Positions 60,955 through 64,000 of a stretch of DNA of 64,000 bases are shown piece by piece (position 1 is the first letter of the stretch; each line of letters begins with the position of its first letter). Both the position numbers and the translations under genes were made by a program. The DNA comes from Gaiellaceae bacterium (GTDB lineage Bacteria > Actinomycetota > Thermoleophilia > Gaiellales > Gaiellaceae). Below the pieces are notes generated by a model, which was given only the letters and a program-made list of their open reading frames with translations, made no database searches and was not told the origin of the DNA. The stretch is from positions 12,277 to 76,276 of the forward strand of contig JBJMKB010000087.1 of assembly GCA_045806045.1 (NCBI GenBank), read 5' to 3'.

Positions 60955-62022
60955 ATGACGCTTCGCCTCTCCTCCGCCGGCGAGTCCCACGGGCCTGCAC
61001 TCGTCGCGATCGTCTCCGGGCTTCCCGCAGGGCTCGAGCTCGACCGCGACGCGATCGACGCCGATCTCAAGCGGCGGCAGGAGGGGTACGGCCGCTCGCC
61101 GCGGCAACAGATCGAGCAGGACCGCGTCGAGGTGCTCGCAGGGCTGCGGCACGGTCGCACGCTCGGCACGCCGCTCGCGTTGCTGGTCGCGAACCGCGAT
61201 CACAAGAACTGGACGTGGGGGATGGCGCCGTGGCCGCCCGAAGGCGAGCCGGCCGGAAAGGGGACGAAGCCGGTGACGCTGCCGCGGCCGGGGCACGCCG
61301 ATCTCGCGGGCGTGCTCAAGTACGGGCACGCCGACGTGCGGAACGCGCTCGAGCGTGCGTCGGCGCGGCACACCGCGGTGCACGTCGCGGCCGGCGCGGT
61401 GGCGAAGGCGCTCCTCGCGTCGATCGGCATCGACGTCACGAGCGCGACCGTGGACGAAGAAGGCCTGCGCTCGGCGGTCGACGCCGCACGCAAGGAGCAG
61501 GACACCGTCGGCGGGGTCGTCGAGGTCCGGGCGACCGGCGTGCCGCCCGGTCTCGGCTCGTACGCGACGAAGGAGGACCGCCTCGATGCGCGCCTCGCCT
61601 TCGCGCTGATGGGGATCCAGGCGGTGAAGGGTGTCGAGATCGGAGACGGATTTGCGCTCGCGTCGCTTCGCGGATCGCAGGCACACGACGAGATTCGCAC
61701 GGACCGGCACCGCGACACGAATCACGCGGGCGGGATCGAGGCGGGCGTCTCGAACGGCGAGGAGATCGTCGTGCGGGCCGCGATGAAGCCGCTGCCGACG
61801 CTGATGAAGCCGCTCGCGTCCGTCGACCTTGCGACGGGCGAAGCGGCGAACGCGCTCGTCGAGCGATCCGACGTCGCCGCGGTCGAGGCGCTCGCCGTCG
61901 TCGCCGAGGCCGCCGTCGCCTGGGAGCTCGCGGTGCTCGCGAAGGAGAAGTTCGGCGGCGACGCGCTCGGCGACTTCGTCGCGGCTCACGCTGCGTACGT
62001 CGAGCGCATCCAATGGCGCTGA
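60955..62022 (+). CDS. aroC: chorismate synthase
   Basis: 355 aa; SAGESHGPALVAIVSG N-terminus, RPGHADL, GGIEAG motifs. Confidence 0.95.
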   Translation: MTLRLSSAGESHGPALVAIVSGLPAGLELDRDAIDADLKRRQEGYGRSPRQQIEQDRVEVLAGLRHGRTLGTPLALLVANRDHKNWTWGMAPWPPEGEPAGKGTKPVTLPRPGHADLAGVLKYGHADVRNALERASARHTAVHVAAGAVAKALLASIGIDVTSATVDEEGLRSAVDAARKEQDTVGGVVEVRATGVPPGLGSYATKEDRLDARLAFALMGIQAVKGVEIGDGFALASLRGSQAHDEIRTDRHRDTNHAGGIEAGVSNGEEIVVRAAMKPLPTLMKPLASVDLATGEAANALVERSDVAAVEALAVVAEAAVAWELAVLAKEKFGGDALGDFVAAHAAYVERIQWR

Positions 62023-63398
62023 ACGCCCTCGACCGGCACCTCGCCTTGGTCGGCTTCATGGGCGCCGGCAAGTCGACGCTCGCACCGCTCGTCGCCGAGC
62101 GGCTCGGCCGTCGCTCAGTCGACGTCGACGACGAGCTCGGCGTGGACATCCCGGCCCTCTTCGCCCAGGGAGAGGAGGCGTTCCGCGCGGTCGAGGAGCC
62201 GCGCACGTGCGAGCTCCTCGCCCGGCCGGAGCCCGCCGTGCTCGCGCTCGGCGGCGGGTCGATCAAATCGGAGGCCGTGCGCGACTCGCTGGCTGCCCAC
62301 GCGTTTACGGTCTTGATCGACGTGGACGTCGACACCGCCTGGGAACGAGTCACGGCGACCGATCGGCCGCTCGCACAGGACGAGGCGACCTTTCGCCGGC
62401 TGAACGACGAGCGTCGGCCGCTGTACGGCGGGGTGGCCGATGTGACCGCGGCGGACGTCGACGGCGTGATCCTCGCCGCGGCAGGGGTACACCACGAGCT
62501 CGGCGCGCTGGAGCGCCTCGGGGAGCTGGTGCCTGGCACAGGCCCGGTTGCCCTCGTCGCGGACTCGACGGTGATGGGCATCCACGGCCCGGCGGCACAG
62601 ACGGCGCTCGGGGACCGCCTCGGCTCGACGCACGAGCTGCCGCCGGGCGAGGACGCCAAGCAGATGCACGTCCTCGAGCAGCTCTGGTCCGAGCTTCGCC
62701 TCGACCGCTCGGGGACGGTCGTCGCGCTCGGCGGCGGCGCGCTCACCGACGTCGCCGGCTTTGCCGCTGCGACATACCTACGTGGCGTGCCGTGGGTTGC
62801 CGTGCCGACGACGCTCGTCGGCCAGGTCGATGCAGGCATCGGCGGCAAGACGGCGATCGACATCCCGCAGGGAAAGAACCTTGTGGGCGCCTTCCACTGG
62901 CCGGCGCGCGTCGTGATCGACGAGGCGCTGCTCGCGACGCTGCCGGAGCGCGAGCGGCGACAGGGGCAGGCCGAGCTGATCAAGACGGAGCTGCTCGCGG
63001 GGCGACGGCTCGACGTGCGCGCCGCCGCCGCCTACAAGGCGGCGCTCTGCCTGCGCGACCCGCACGACCGCGACGTCCGGCAGTGGCTGAACCTCGGCCA
63101 CACGTTCGCGCATGCGCTGGAGGCCGCCGCCGACTTCGACCTGCCGCACGGCGAGGCGGTCGCCCTCGGCCTCCTGGCGGCGCTCCGCCTGTCGGGGCGC
63201 GAGACCGCGCCGGTGGTCGAGGCCCTCGACCCGCAGCCGGTCCACGTCGACCGGGAGCGGGCCTGGCAGGCGCTGCAGCGCGACAAGAAGCGCACCGGGG
63301 ACGAGATCAACCTCGTCCTCCTAGGCGACGACGGCCCGTACGTCGAGGCGCGTCCCGCGGACGAGGTTCGTGCCGCGCTGGATAGCCTCACAGCCTGA
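62013..63398 (+). CDS. aroKB: fused shikimate kinase / 3-dehydroquinate synthase
   Basis: 461 aa from ATG 62013. N-terminal P-loop GFMGAGKST (AroK), then AroB motifs GGGALTDVAGFAAATYLRGV, VDAGIGGKTAID, NLGHTFAHALE in one uninterrupted frame. Confidence 0.85.
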   Translation: MALNALDRHLALVGFMGAGKSTLAPLVAERLGRRSVDVDDELGVDIPALFAQGEEAFRAVEEPRTCELLARPEPAVLALGGGSIKSEAVRDSLAAHAFTVLIDVDVDTAWERVTATDRPLAQDEATFRRLNDERRPLYGGVADVTAADVDGVILAAAGVHHELGALERLGELVPGTGPVALVADSTVMGIHGPAAQTALGDRLGSTHELPPGEDAKQMHVLEQLWSELRLDRSGTVVALGGGALTDVAGFAAATYLRGVPWVAVPTTLVGQVDAGIGGKTAIDIPQGKNLVGAFHWPARVVIDEALLATLPERERRQGQAELIKTELLAGRRLDVRAAAAYKAALCLRDPHDRDVRQWLNLGHTFAHALEAAADFDLPHGEAVALGLLAALRLSGRETAPVVEALDPQPVHVDRERAWQALQRDKKRTGDEINLVLLGDDGPYVEARPADEVRAALDSLTA

Positions 63399-63832
63399 TG
63401 CAGGTCCTGGTCCTCAACGGCGTCAACCTCGACACCCTCGCCCGCCGCGATCCGAAGCTGTACGGCGGGCTCAGCCTGAACGAGCTCGAAAGCCGCATCT
63501 ACGAGTGGGCGCACGCCCTCGACATCAGCGCGCGCTGCCGCCAGTCGAACAGCGAGGGCGAGTACATCGAATGGGTGCACGACGCGTACGAGACGGTCGA
63601 CGGCCTGATCGTCAACCCCGGCGCGTGGTCCCACTACAGCTACGCGATCCGCGACGCGCTCGAGCTGCTCGAGGTGCCGTTCGTCGAAGTGCACCTGTCG
63701 AACATCGAGGAACGCGAAGAGTGGCGGCGGATCAGCGTCGTCGCCGACCTCGCGGCGCATCGCGTGATCGGCCGCGGCCCCGACGGGTACCGCGAAGCAC
63801 TCGAGTTCCTCGCGGGAACGCCGGCGGAATGA
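63398..63832 (+). CDS. aroQ: type II 3-dehydroquinate dehydratase
   Basis: 144 aa; LNGVNLDTLARRDP, IVNPGAWSHYSYAIRDA, VEVHLSNI. Confidence 0.95.
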   Translation: MQVLVLNGVNLDTLARRDPKLYGGLSLNELESRIYEWAHALDISARCRQSNSEGEYIEWVHDAYETVDGLIVNPGAWSHYSYAIRDALELLEVPFVEVHLSNIEEREEWRRISVVADLAAHRVIGRGPDGYREALEFLAGTPAE

Positions 63833-64000
63833 GCCGGCTCGCCGCCCTGGCGGAGCGTCTCGAGGCGCCGCTGTTCGTCACGAACCTGACGAACGTCTTC
63901 TACCTGACGGGGTTCGACAGCTCCAACGCGGCGCTCCTCGTGCAGCGCGACGGCGGCGCCACGCTCTACACCGACTTCCGGTACGCCGTGGCGGCGCGCG
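63829..64000 (+). CDS. pepP: Xaa-Pro aminopeptidase (M24B), N-terminal fragment at window edge
   Basis: ATGA overlap with aroQ; creatinase-N-like start LFVTNLTNVFYLTGFDSSNAALLV; fits the conserved aroQ-pepP order. Confidence 0.65.
   Translation, partial: MSRLAALAERLEAPLFVTNLTNVFYLTGFDSSNAALLVQRDGGATLYTDFRYAVAAR

Noticed and set aside
58315-62013. 1232-aa ORF, the largest in the track, which could be taken for a giant multidomain protein
   Set aside because: Only the C-terminal 569 aa (58315-60024) look like protein (LivM plus LivG). The N-terminal part is Arg/Gly/Pro-rich, runs antisense to aroC or out of frame over livH, and a coupled GTGA start exists at 60024.

Overview
High-GC (~70%) bacterial chromosomal segment. 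Gene content and order look Actinomycetota-like (hisS-aspS; alaS-ruvX-mltG-aroE ... aroC-aroK/B-aroQ-pepP). I support about 75 protein-coding genes and two tRNAs (Glu-CUC, Gln-CUG). I found no rRNA, CRISPR array, transposase, integrase or phage genes, so this looks like core genome, not an accessory island. Main blocks, in order: typA; DUF1003; HD-GYP; vapBC; rlmN; ltaE; a serine hydrolase; a Ca2+/H+ exchanger; two ECF sigma modules; nfo; gltX; a histidine kinase with three receiver proteins; an arylsulfotransferase-like lipoprotein; a heterodimeric ABC exporter pair; UDG plus a methyltransferase; a hut operon (ftcD-like, hutH, hutU, hutI); hisS-aspS; an envelope-type operon ending in rlpA; mnmA; a DUF948/anti-sigma-like/SigB-like operon; alaS-ruvX-mltG-aroE; an opposite-strand Liv-like ABC importer block; aroC-aroKB-aroQ-pepP. 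Most long Arg/Ala/Pro-rich ORFs in the six-frame track are antisense or out-of-frame shadows typical of high-GC DNA, and I trimmed many N-termini accordingly. The most unusual feature is a 395-nt gene-free, densely structured interval between rlpA and mnmA (47598-47992). It holds a ~190-nt multi-helix domain with its own -10-like box and a 167-nt rod-shaped hairpin with perfect 18-bp termini. This could be one or two undescribed ncRNAs or a MITE; I could not match it to any RNA family from memory. Other notable points: a peroxiredoxin gene killed by a single in-frame TAA; many TANNNT boxes 6-9 nt upstream of start codons, implying leaderless mRNAs, including overlapping back-to-back boxes in 18-25 nt divergent spacers; a Cys-free IscU-like extension on MnmA; a LivM-LivG fusion with no LivF; a small membrane ORF wedged into the hut operon; degenerate signalling proteins (a receiver with Glu at the phospho-site, an RsbW-like protein without ATPase motifs). 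All family assignments come from motif recognition by eye; no database searches were run.
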